Below, one piece after another: positions 1 through 11,039 of a stretch of DNA of 64,000 nt (positions within the stretch are counted from its first letter, which is position 1; every line of letters begins with the position of its first letter). Under the pieces are notes generated by a model. The model was not told where the DNA came from, searched no databases, and saw only the letters and a list, made by a program, of their open reading frames with translations. Source of the DNA: Lama glama (lineage: Eukaryota); the NCBI GenBank assembly GCA_028534125.1, contig CM052817.1, forward strand, positions 104,968,001 to 105,032,000, in the 5' to 3' direction. A program made the translations under genes and the position numbers.

Positions 1-174
1 TCCAGATCTACCCAGGGGATGTCTGCCAAACAATCTTAGCACATTTTGTAACTATAGTATTTGACATCACTATTATATTCCTTCTCTTTCTTCAAGCATC
101 CATTATTTGATCCTGACTCAGCTGTTGTTCTTGCTGCCTATTTCACTTTTAAAAATAAAATAAACCAAACCAAA

Positions 175-550
175 CCAGAAAATCCAACCCATAGAAACAG
201 AGAATGGATTGGTGGCTGCCAGAGGCAGGGATTGAGGAGTGGGGAAATTGGATAGAGGTCAAAAGCTACAGACTTCTAGCTGTAAAATAAATAAGATCTG
301 GGAAAGTCATGTGCAACATAATAGGTAGGGTTAACAATATTGTCCTATACAAGTTGGAAGTTGTTAAGAGAGTAAATCTTAAAAGTTCTTATCACCAGGG
401 AAAAAACTGGAACAAATTGAGTTGATGACTGTTAACTAATTGTGCTAATTGTTTTGCAATATGTTCGTATATCAAATCATTATGTGGTATACCTTACACT
501 AATACAATTGCATGTCAATTAAAGCTCAATAAAACTGGGGAAAAATAAAA
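175..550 (+). mobile_element. L1 3' UTR end (L1MA-like), 5'-truncated
   Basis: Typical old L1 3' UTR blocks (ATAGAAACAGAGAATGGATTGGTGGCTGCCAGAGG; AAGAGAGTAAATCTTAAAAGTTCTTATCAC; TGTCAATTAAAGCTCAATAAAACTGGGG), ending in an A-rich tail. Confidence 0.8.
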
Positions 551-819
551 TGTATCAGTAGAGAACTTCCATAGACTTTTAGCACCAAATCTGAGCGCAT
601 GTGTCCTTCCCTCCTCCTATATAAGCTAGACTTCTCCACATGTGATGAAGTCCTATTCCTTTTTCTATCCAAGTTCACCTTTCCAACAATTTTTGACTAA
701 CTCATTCTCTTTAGCATGAAGTTATTATGTAATAGATCTCAACTTAGAGTGAAAACAAAAACCTTCCTTTCTGTTCAGCCACCCTATTTCTTTCAGAAAA
801 CTTCATGAAAAAGTTTCCT

Positions 820-1510
820 ACTCTTGCTATCAATTTATATTATCCAGTTATCTCTTATTTCAGTCTATTTAGGTTTTTAATCTCATAACTCAACTTAAAC
901 AGCTCTTGTTTAAGTTTCCATTACCTTTTTTTCTTCTTTTATCTTTTCTGACTTATCAGCACTATGGGATACAGTTGATCACTCCTTTCATTTTTTTTCC
1001 CCTTGACTTTCAGGATCCAGAAATGATTTTCTCCTGCTTAAAGGGATTATTTTTTCTACTTCAGTGATTCCTTTTTATATTCCTGATCTTTAAACTCTCT
1101 CCAGTCCATGGCCCATTCTATGTTTATCCACCCAGTGAGTGATCTAATTCATCCTTAGAGGATTTAGACATGGGACTCTCCAAATATGTATCTTCATTCT
1201 AGCCCTCTTCCCTGAATCTACCTGCCAATTCTACCTTTCCATTCGGATGCCTAGCAGGCACTTCAACTTTAAAGTGATTTAAATTCATTTCTTTATCTCT
1301 GTATCTCTTTCCAGATCAATTATATATCAAAAAAATAATAGTCTTAATTTTCTGGTTGCTCAAGCTCTACATCTTACAGTTTTCTTTGGCTCTCATAATT
1401 TACAGAATCACTCAAACAATTCATAGTTGAGCCTTATTTCAAGTTCTATGATGAATTCACCCAGTTCTCAACATTTGCACTGCTGACTTACTAATCCAAG
1501 CTGCCATTCA
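820..1510 (+). mobile_element. L2 LINE fragment, highly decayed
   Basis: Pyrimidine-rich L2-like blocks (GACTTATCAGCACT..GATACAGTTGATCACTCC; CTCCAAATATGTATCT; GGATGCCTAGCAGGCACTTCAAC). Confidence 0.6.
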
Positions 1511-1682
1511 CTTTGAATTAGTTTTCTGTTGCTGTTGTAATAAACAGCATAAATCTACCAGCCTTATTGAAGTTTACTCTGATGGTTCTGCAGTCAAAAG
1601 TCCTAAAATCCAAGCACTAGAAGGGCTGCATTTCTTCTAGAGACTCTGAGGGAGAATCCTTTTCCTTGTCCTTTCCAGCTAT

Positions 1683-2233
1683 TGAGGTGGGAAGCCCCAA
1701 GAAAAAGACGGCAGTACCCCCAGGCAGGGCCACTACCCTCCTGCCAGCACCATTCGGTTCCCTGGCTCAGTGGCATTATCTTGCTTTTTAAACTCTGAAA
1801 CAGCTTACTTCTAGGAAAGTGGAACTTACCCCTAAGATTCTATTGGTTCTCTGAGCTAAGTCCTGATTGGTCCATTTCTCTCACTTCTAATTGGTCCATT
1901 TCTCTCACTCCTGATTGATCCATTTCCCTCACTCCTGATTGATCGATTTCTACAAAGCTTGCTCCTAATTAGTCACCTTTGTTATACCTCACTTGCATAT
2001 GATGTTGCAAAATGTTGCAAAGTCTAGACTGGTACCCTATAAAAGCCTGTGTCAACGTACAGACGGGGTCCAGAGCTTGGAGTGTTAACTCCTCTGGGCC
2101 TGCTGGCATAATAAACCTAAGTTCTCCAACCCTCCGAGTGCTGCTTGGTCTCTTGCCCGGATCCACTTTGCTGTAACAACTGAGCTGTAACACAGAACTG
2201 TAACACTGAGCTGTAACAAACTTTGCTGCAACA
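1683..2233 (+). mobile_element. Solo ERV1-type LTR with 4-bp TSD
   Basis: TG...CA termini; perfect CTAT duplication at 1679-1682 and 2234-2237; TATAAAA at 2038-2044; AATAAA at 2110-2115; 24-bp ATTGG-containing tandem repeat in U3; GCTGTAACA repeats in U5. Confidence 0.9.
1861..1950 (+). repeat. 24-bp tandem repeat (about 3.7 copies) inside LTR U3, containing inverted CCAAT boxes
   Basis: TCCTGATTGGTCCATTTCTCTCAC / TTCTAATTGGTCCATTTCTCTCAC / TCCTGATTGATCCATTTCCCTCAC / TCCTGATTGATCGATTTC. Confidence 0.9.
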
Positions 2234-2669
2234 CTATCTATTTTCTTTGGATTAGGGGCCCACCCTTCTTCCATCTTCAAAGTCAGCATCATAGCATCTT
2301 CAAGTATCATTCTCTCTAACCTCTGCTATTATTGTTGCATTTCCTTATTTCATTCTGACACTCTGCCTCTTTCTTAAAAGGACACTTGAAATTACCTTGA
2401 GCACACTTGGATAACCCAGTATATTTTACCCATGTCAAGATCCTTGACCTCTTTTGCAAAGTCCCTTTGCCTTGTAGGGTAACATATACACTGCTCTCAG
2501 GGAATAGGACACTGACATCTTGAGGGAGATGCCCTATTCTATCCCCACACACTTCAAGCTATAATACTACAGGAGTTCCAGGCTGGTTCCCCTGACTCCA
2601 CTCTTGTCTCTCTTTCCCACACCAGACACCCAACTGATTCCTTTAAAACATGTCAAAATTTCATTTTTT

Positions 2670-4470
2670 ATGGATGGATGGAAATACAATATTAGAAGAT
2701 ATGAACTATCTTTAAGCTAGTCCATAGACTGAGTGCAATTCCTCTTGAAGCTCACAGTTTTATTATTTTTCATAAAATTTGAAGAGATGATTATACAGTT
2801 ATCTAGAAGTGTAAGGATTAAAGAATAGATGATATAATTTTCAAGGAATAGAACAAGAATGAATAATTATACCTTAATGGACTTCAAAGTGTATTATAAA
2901 AGAGTACTAATTAAAATATTGGAGTCCAGTCTTTGAAGTAGATAAATAGACTAATTGAGCACAATAGAAAGTTTATAAAAAGGCTCACAGGTCTATAGAA
3001 TTTTGATATGGTTTTGTAGCTTAAAGGAAAAGTGGTGAATTTATTAGGTGTTCCTTGGATATTGATTAAGCATAATGCATAATTAAACTTCTTTAAGCCA
3101 TACACAAAAATGTCCATCAATTTAGAAGAAAATATAAAAGATATATATAATTAACTTGAATAGAGAAGTTCTCTTAAACATGGTACACACAAACTCACAA
3201 ACCATCCGGGGAAGATTGATAAATTTACCCACATTAGAATAAAATAAAAGCATTTCTTAGGAGAATCCATAAAGAATGAAAACACAAGGTACAAACATGA
3301 AAAATAAATTTGTAACAGGTTTAATCATTAAGAAGTAGTACCTTCAATATGTAATCCTATGCCTGGTTAAGAAAAAAGCACTCCTGCATAAAAGTAGTCA
3401 GATGACAGAAATAGGATTTCTGTGGAAAAGGGGTTATAAATAGAAAATCAACATATGGAAATATGACTGACCTGATTAATAGTCACAAATATGCAAATAA
3501 AATCACAATATAACCGTTTCAAATCCCCTTGAGGGAAAATATTTCAATTGAATGAATTTCAATTAATAAAATTAAATACATTTTTACTTAATAAAAAGTA
3601 AAAGTATTGGTGACAATGTGAAACAATGAGGTCTCTCTCATGCTGTTGGTGAGGTTGTAAATTGATAGAATACTTTGGAAAAGTTGTCCTTAAGCAGTAA
3701 AATGGAGATGCATGTGCACTCTAAATCAACAATTCCAATCCACCTCTCACACACTAGAGCAGGGCTCCTTCCAGGCAAATCCATCTGCTTCTTTGTATAA
3801 ATAAAATTTTAGTAAGACACAGCCACACCCATTCATTTACATGTTATTTAGGGTTCCCTTTGTCTTAGCATGGCAGAATTGAATAGTTGCAGCAGAGACC
3901 ACATGGCTCACGAAGCCTAAACTGGTTATTATCTGGCCTTTTAAAGAAAATTTGCCAGCCCCGCCCTTTAAGAACTAGTGCATGTATGCACCAAGAGATG
4001 TGAACTGAAAAATTCATAGCAGAATGGTTAGAAATAACACAAAACTTGAGACAGCTCTAGTATCAACCAAAATAGAGTGGATGCGTAGTTTTATCATCCT
4101 ATCATGACAGAACACAAAGCACAGACGATAAATATCCTTATATATGCCTCCAAGGGTGGCATAAACTACCTTGGCTGATAAAATCAGGTCACGAAGAACA
4201 GGTGATAGTATGTATGACTCCCTTTACGTCAAGATTAACAAATAGGTCAAACCAAGTGATACACTCTTTCAGGACGTCTAGCTGTGGAGAATCTTTAAAG
4301 AAACATAAAAAAGTAGTTAAGACAAAATTTAGGACACTGGTTACTGGAGGAGAAAGATGAGGACTGTAGCAACTGGAATGGACACATAGGTGACTTTAAA
4401 AAGTTTTTGTAATGTTCTGTTTCATAAATTTTCATGACTATTCACTTTTTAACATCCTCATACTTTATGT
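2670..4470 (+). mobile_element. Old L1 (L1ME-like) ORF2 tail and 3' UTR fragments
   Basis: A-rich strand with decayed L1 motifs (ATGCAAATAAAATCACAAT; TGCTGTTGGTGAGGTTGTAAATTGATAGAATACTTTGGAAAA; AACAATTCCA). Confidence 0.65.
3760..3964. mobile_element. MER58A hAT-Charlie MITE
   Basis: ACACAGCCACACCCATTCATTTACATG..GGCAGAATTGAATAGTTGCAGCAGAGACC..AAGCCTAAA..TATCTGGCCTTTTAAAGAAAATTTGCC matches my recall of the MER58A consensus. Confidence 0.8.
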
Positions 4471-4849
4471 GACATATAAATCACATGAAATGTGGTTCAT
4501 CATGTGAGACCAGATTTATGTCATGAAACCAACTTATGATTTCATGAAATTTATCACTAGTCGGTTTCATGAAATAAACCTTCTATTGTGTAGATATACA
4601 CCGCAATCACTATTCTGAGTGACTTACATTAGCCCTTTGTGTTATGTGTAATTAAATCCCCATTTTGTAGTTGAAGAAAACCCTCATGCTTTTATTGAAG
4701 ATGTATGCACATATAAGCAGTAAAGCCTCAATACTGAAGAGGTGATTAATGGCTATTATACATCCCATCCTTGCCAAGTCCTCTGCGTGTGCTCTCTTGT
4801 TTGATCCCAGTGACAACAGTAGTTGTTTTTGCTAATTTACAGTTGGAGA

Positions 4850-5004
4850 GGGGTGGAGGGTATATCTCAGTGGTAGAGTGTGTGCTTAGCATGCACAAGG
4901 TTCTGAGTTCAATCCCTAGTATCTCCTTCAAAATAAATAAATATATAAATAAGCCTAATTGCCTGCCCTCTCCAAAAACAAAGAAACAAACCAACAAACA
5001 AACA
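4850..5004 (+). mobile_element. tRNA-derived SINE (camelid Vic-1-like)
   Basis: A box (TATCTCAGTGG) and B box (GAGTTCAATCC); A-rich tail; TSD TACAGTTGGAGA (4838-4849) / TACAGTTGGGGA (5005-5016). Confidence 0.9.
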
Positions 5005-5349
5005 TACAGTTGGGGAAACTGGATCAGAAACTTAAGTAAAGTGTTCAAGGTAAGTTACTTGTCTGATTATTTCTTTTATTCCCTAGTAGGTGCTCTGTGT
5101 TTTCAGGAGGCCCTGGTTACAGCCTATTAATTGGGAACAGTCAGAAAATAGCTGTATTAAGAACACTGTGGCAGTGTTCTCTAAAGTACAATCCTGCTGC
5201 ATATAAATTAACATTTAGTTATTAAATATTTTAAGTGTACCAAAAAGCATCTGACATATAAAAAGCACCAATACGATTTCCATCCATAGTACTTACCATA
5301 TTTTTAAGAATATAAAGGGTATAAAATGCAGCGTAGAGCTTTAACTCAT

Positions 5350-6040
5350 TACCTCTTCCATTTTTTATTGTGTCATTCCTCACCTGACAATGCAAATTTC
5401 TCTGATTCATCCCATGCATGTGAAGATATATTTATAGCAATATATTATATTGTCTTGGACGTTATATGGTTCGTGAGCCATTTGCAAGTTTTTCATTCAT
5501 TCGTCTATCACCAATGAAGTAGTTTTTACATTTTCTCACATCCTCACCAATATATGGTATTGCCAAATTTTAAATTTATTTTTGCAAATGCAATCAGACT
5601 GTATTATTTTAACTTTAAGTAAGGTCTTTTATTGTATAGAGGTCTTTCGTTTTTAATTTAAAGTAATCAGTAGAGATTTAGAGATAGAATCAGTAGAGAT
5701 TTCCATTTTACTTGGGTTTCTATGTCCTATTCTACTATGATAATAATATTTTACTTTTCTTCTGAAAGTTAAAAATTTTGCTTGTCGTCCTTGGGAGTAC
5801 AATTCATGTGAAATTTGTATATCCTTTGAAGTCTGAACCTAACATTTCCCCAGTTATCTTTCTTGTATTTAGTGAATGATCCATTATTTTCCACAAATTG
5901 GAAGACTCTTATACCAATTATCCAAAGTATATGCATCTCTTAAAAAATCATGAATTCTGTTTAATCGGTCTATATGCCAATCTCTATGTGAATATCATAC
6001 TGGTTCAATTGTTATGACTTCATTAAAAGCTTAAATGATG
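5350..6040 (-). mobile_element. Very old L1 fragments
   Basis: T-rich antisense L1-like blocks (CACATCCTCACCAATATATGGTATTG; TTTTCTTCTGAAAGTT; ATGCCAATCTCTATGTG..ATCATACTGG). Confidence 0.5.
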
Positions 6041-6509
6041 GTTTGCCAGGTAGTCACTATTGCACACAGGAATAGCAGGTATCTTAGATGCCTTAGAAAG
6101 ATGTGTCAAAGGATGGAAAATAAACTCACAAAAATTTGGGAGCTTGCAACCATGGAGAACTTTGTAGGATTCAGAGTTACATCCCTTTCGGGCAGACGTG
6201 TTAATATACAGGGAACACTTTGTCTTTAAGAATGAAACACGATGCTTGCTTAGCTTCTTTGGATTCTAGAAGCATCACTGAAGTGTGTTGCTCTGACCTA
6301 TTTATCAAATAACCCATAAGACTATACTTTTTGAATGTGATGCAGACTAAGCGAAGGCTCTTTAGCATGTTCAAGGTGCAGTGTGAGCTTCTCTGAACTT
6401 GAGGGAAAGATCTAGCTGATAGAGGGTCTTTGCAAATGGACATGTTCCACAGAGTCTCTGGAAAGTTTCCATGGAATTAAGAGCAAAGCCATGCCCCTTT
6501 CATATAAAT

Positions 6510-8410
6510 ATGATTCATTTGACTATCTTCAAGCTCACTGATTCTTTCCTTTGTTATGTCCAGTCTACTTGAGACAGGAAGGAAGGAGGCAGGGCACAGC
6601 CATTAAAGTAATGACCCAGCTATTAGCACCAAGATGGCAGAGAAGTCAATTTCTAGGAGAACTTGAAAACCAAGATGGCAGGAGATTCAACCTCCAATAG
6701 ACCTTGAGCTTCATTATAGACATTGTAATGTATTAGCATGATGAATGACACACCCACAGGTGCCATGACAGTTCTGAGGCTGACCAGGAAAGGTCAAAAA
6801 GAGGGCAGTGGCCCAATTCCAGGGGATATGCACCCGTCCCCCAAAGTTGTTGGAATAATCCTCTCACTTGTAAGCATATAAAAACTAGCAACACCATGCC
6901 TCGTGGCCTCTGTTGCTCCCTCTCCTTCTGAGAAGGCCCATACTCTGTCTCTGGAATGTGTATCTATTTTCACTTTAAACTAAACACTCAACAACACACC
7001 TCTTGGCCTTTCTCTTACCTTCTGAAGTGGCCTGTACTCTGTCTATGGAGTGCACTCCTCTCTAAATAAATCTACCTTTACCCAACTATGGCTCACACTT
7101 GAATTCTTTTCTGCATGAAGCCAAGGACCCTCACTCAACAGGGCATGTTCCAGGGACTCAACCGAGACCTGGGACATGGCCATTCTCTCATGCTCCCCTC
7201 ATGTTTTCCTGTAACACACTGATGATCCCATAAAAGGCATTCTTAACTTCTGCTATGGTGTTTCTGATTTATAACATTTTTAAAATTCTTTCTTAGAGTT
7301 TCCATTTCTCTGCTTACACTACCCATTAGTATACTAAATCATAGTTATTTAAAATTTCTGGTCTGATAATTCCAAAATCTCTGCTATTTCAGAGTATGGT
7401 TCTGATACTTGCTTTGTCTCTTCAGACCATGTTTTTTGCCTTTTAGAATACCTTGAAGCTTTTGTCAAAAGTCAGACATAATGTATGGCATTAAAGTGTC
7501 TGAGATTGCTAGGTCTTTAGTATGAGGTTTTATATTTACCTAGCTCAGGGTTCATCTTTGTGGTAGCTATAGGTGTCAGAGACTGCAATTTCTTCTAATG
7601 CCTTTGTTTTGTTTTCTCTATTTTCTTTGGGTCTCTAGACACTCTTTCTTTAAATAGAATCTGAGGGTTGCAGTGCTTTTAGCTTTAATCCCTTGATCAT
7701 ACAGCAGCATTATTGATGTGCTGGTCAGGTGTTGGGGGAGGAATCATTCTATACTCCTGTGGTTAGGTCTCAGTCTTCCATTAAGCTCCTCCCCCATGCT
7801 GTCAAAGGTTAAAAGTGGCTGAAGTTGGGAATTTTCCTTCTCTTAGGTTGGTTATGCCTTGGAAAAAACCCTAGTGATTAGACTCTGGTAAAATAGTTGC
7901 CTTAATAAAGCCTTGAAAGCAGTCATTACTAAGGAGGATGGAAAGCTATGGACATACTTCTAAATGGTTACTTTTCCTTACTGCTGCCTGAAGCATGAGA
8001 TTTTTCTCCAATATTTATGGTAAAAACCTGGTAGAGCTCCCAGAGATAAAACTCACAAGAGTGTGCCCTTCCCCACTGACTGAGCATGCTCAGGGTATTT
8101 ATCTCAAGTTCTCGAACACCGAGCCTCCAGTAATTTGTCAATTACAGTTTAAAGTGTTCCTACCAATACTGGTTCCAGCAGCAGACTTCTGCCCCTTGGT
8201 TTCTGTTCCTGGTGAGTTTTGCTGCTCTGTATCTCCCTGTGTGTCTTTTTGGTTTCAGGAGCAGCAGATTGCCCCGTGACTTGACATCTTTCATGAATCT
8301 AAGAAGGGTTGTTGATATTCAATTCATTCGGCTTCTCAGAAAATTTTTTTCTGAGCATAGGAATGACAATTTCCAAGATCTTTAGATGTAGAACCATAAA
8401 CCAAAAGCCC
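6510..8410 (-). mobile_element. Old L1 (L1MC/L1M-type) 5' region, interrupted by the LTR at 6570-7216
   Basis: TCTTCAAGCTCACTGATTCTTTCC..TCCAGTCTACT|GATGATCCCA rejoins across the LTR; homologous to 11040-12453. Confidence 0.65.
6570..7216 (+). mobile_element. Solo ERV1-type LTR
   Basis: TG...CA termini (TGAGACAGG...TGTAACA); TSD TACT (6566-6569) / CACT (7217-7220); CAAGATGGC twice (6630, 6671); TATAAAA at 6877; AATAAA at 7065-7070. Confidence 0.85.
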
Positions 8411-10865
8411 TATGATTCTTTATAGGAGCATCCCTGACAAGTTAAATGAAAAATCGTGGGCTGTCAAATGACACATAACAGTCTATAAGAACTGTGTGCT
8501 CCCTGACCTGCCAAGCCGTAAAAGTGTGCACAGTGGCAATCCACAGCTGAAGTAAAATATAGCATCAAAATTGCTTTGTAAATTTTGGCATTATATTATT
8601 ATCATAAAGGGTTCAACATGATTGACTTCTTATATGATTTTGACTATAAATATCTGGTTTTCTGAAGGAATCAAAGTTTTGAAGTTGTGTGATTAATCTA
8701 AACTCAGGCAAGAGAGGATGGATTTGGTGGTGGCTCAAGTGCACGTGCAGAATATGGCTTTGGCCCAATCATGTCATATCTCCTTGCTTCAGCTTTCAGG
8801 GGACTGCCGTAGTCCACTCAGTGAAGATGTGAAAAGCCCCAGAGGAACTTCTTTGAGTTCTCCTGATTATTGTTCAGCCTTTGGAGGTCTGTAGAGACTG
8901 TTGTGTGCCCCAAATGTCTTAGAGAGATTTCTCTGAGCCCTCCCCAACCCTCCCCAACCCCAAAGGGCCAGCTGTCTTGTATTTAGGGAGAGTATGCCTT
9001 TCAAAGACGGTTATGTCTTAAATCTCCTGATAACATTCTACAAAAGAACGTACACACTCAGCCCAAAACCTTGTGTTCAGACTCACCTTGTGGCTGTGAC
9101 TCCCCAGCCCAGATAAGGACAGGATAAGACCCCCAAACCTTCAGCTGCTTCATCCTCATGCCTGTGTGTGGTAGGTTTTTCCTCCCACTGGACCACCAGG
9201 GATGAACGCAGTCCTTAATCTCGTCTCTCCAAAGAAGCTAGATGATGTCTGGAATTTGGATTTGTAGATTGTTTTTTTTTTTTTCTCTTTATGTCTTGAA
9301 TGGCCTTTAACAACGATGTATTTTTTTGTCCTTATCCAGCCTGCTTTTACTGTTGGGGTAGGGACAAGTTATCATGACTTTCTATCTCATAATGAGAAGA
9401 GCAAACTTGTGCCATAGGCTTTTGCTTATTAAAAATATTAACACATACCTAAACTTTTACAAAATTCAGGTTCAACCTCATCCAATATTTTCTATGTGAA
9501 GCAATGTTATAATCTCTCTGTCCTACATAATAAAAGAGAGTTGATTTATTGACGATATTCGTGTGGCATTCTCTCCTTGCCATGGTGCTGAATAATGTGA
9601 TTTGTGATTTTCCATCAAAATCTCTTTCTCCTTCCCTTGAGTGTTTTCCATCAAATGGCTTTTGATTAATGTGCTCTTCAGAATAGTTAAGTTCATCAAG
9701 GCTACATTTCACTTTGCAAGGCTTTTATTTAATAAAGTGATTGTAAGTAATTCAACTTTATAATTCTTGAGCTGCTTTCAAACTCACCCATTCCATTAAA
9801 GTAGGCACAGAAGGTAAATAAATCTTTTATTTTTTTTTTCTGCTGGGTGAGATTAAACTCAGAGATGTCACATTCACTAGGTTTTAAAAATGGGATTGCT
9901 TTTTACTCAGTTTGTGGAAAATCTGCCTTATGTGATCATTTATCTTGAGACTTTGACTTTAAATTTCAAAAATGTTCCATGGCTATAGAGTTATACTCAC
10001 AGAATCAAGTCATATATTATTATACCTGGAACTCAAGACTAGCTTTTGAGTGTTAAAAGAAATGCTGTTGGTTTCGTATAAATAAGGTGTGGGTCTGGGT
10101 CTCTAGAAATCATTTGCATAGGACAGTATGCTGTAGACTTCATTGAATATTGAGTCATAAGCCCTTAAAAAAGGTATGATCTTCAGATCCTCATACGTAT
10201 GATGTAAAGTGGTACTGATGGATGCTGTGTACTCAGGAAGGGTTGTATCACAGCTGGGGACCTTCAGATGAGGAAACCTTCTGAACTTATAAAGGGGCTG
10301 CTGGTCAACCTGCCTTAATCCCAGAGGGAGACATTCTATATACGTTGTGCTGGTCAAGATAATGCTCTGCCCTCTGCCTTGGATGGAGAAAGCAATTTGT
10401 AGAAAGTTATCTGCTACAAAAACATCCCTTGAAATGAATATTCAGAAGAAAATTTGTCAATGCCCCTTCTTTACAAGATGTTTAGTTTTCCTTTGACTAT
10501 TAGCATAGTTATTTAAATACAGATCTTTCAAAGGTACTGCTCATTTTTGAGAGGTGGAGATGTCCTCATGAGCCTGAATCTTTATCAGGAGTTACCATTT
10601 ATGTTACAGGGCAACTACTAACCTACGAGAACACACTGCCACCCCTCTGTTTTTCGGGTAAATAGGCACTAGTCTCACAATGCAGTCTCAACGCTGGAGA
10701 AGCCAAAATTACCACTCAAAAGTAAAATAAAAGGACATGGAATCAGGACAAGACACATCAAGTTTCCAAGCATGATAGCAAAGGCATAGGCAAAATACAT
10801 AAAAACAGTTTCAAGTTTCAAAAACAAGAGCTACCTACTTCAACAATTTTACTAACACCAAACTC

Positions 10866-10979
10866 TTTCTTTTTCTTTTTCTTTTTTTTTTTTTTTGGCA
10901 GGGGGAAGAGATAATTAGGTTCATTTATTTTTCTAATGGATGCTAAGCACACACTACCACTGAGCTCTACCGTCCCCCT
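10866..10979 (-). mobile_element. Vic-1-like SINE with internal deletion
   Basis: Poly-T, TAATTAGGTTCATTTATT, TGCTAAGCACACACTACCACTGAGCTCTACC; lacks the B-box segment. Confidence 0.8.
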
Positions 10980-11039
10980 ACTTTCGTTTCTTTTTGATTT
11001 ATCCCTATTGCTATATTTCTCTGTTTACAAAACCCATCT

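Larger units (their letters stand above)
1514..2551 (-). mobile_element. MLT1 (ERVL-MaLR) LTR, split by a younger LTR at 1683-2233
   Basis: MLT1 blocks on both sides of the insert: TTAGTTTTCTGTTGCTGTTGTAATAAAC..GAGACTCTGAGGGAGAATCCTTTTCCTTG on the left; TTCCATCTTCAAAGTCAGCA..TCAAGATCCTTGA..TTTGCAAAGTCCCTTTGCC on the right. Confidence 0.8.

Noticed and set aside
1861..2233. Regularly spaced repeats that superficially resemble a CRISPR array
   Set aside because: Head-to-tail tandem units without unique spacers, inside a retroviral LTR in mammalian DNA
1969..2310. 113-aa minus-strand ORF (similarly 28315-28794 and 35802-36278)
   Set aside because: They lie within LTR/MaLR sequence, show no recognisable domain and are consistent with chance ORFs
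4850..4925. tRNA-like sequence with A and B boxes (also at 51740-51810)
   Set aside because: SINE head: it has a SINE-specific body, an A-rich tail and a TSD, and is not a tRNA gene
5665..5701. 15-bp direct repeat AATCAGTAGAGATTT
   Set aside because: Ordinary small slippage duplication within an old L1 fragment
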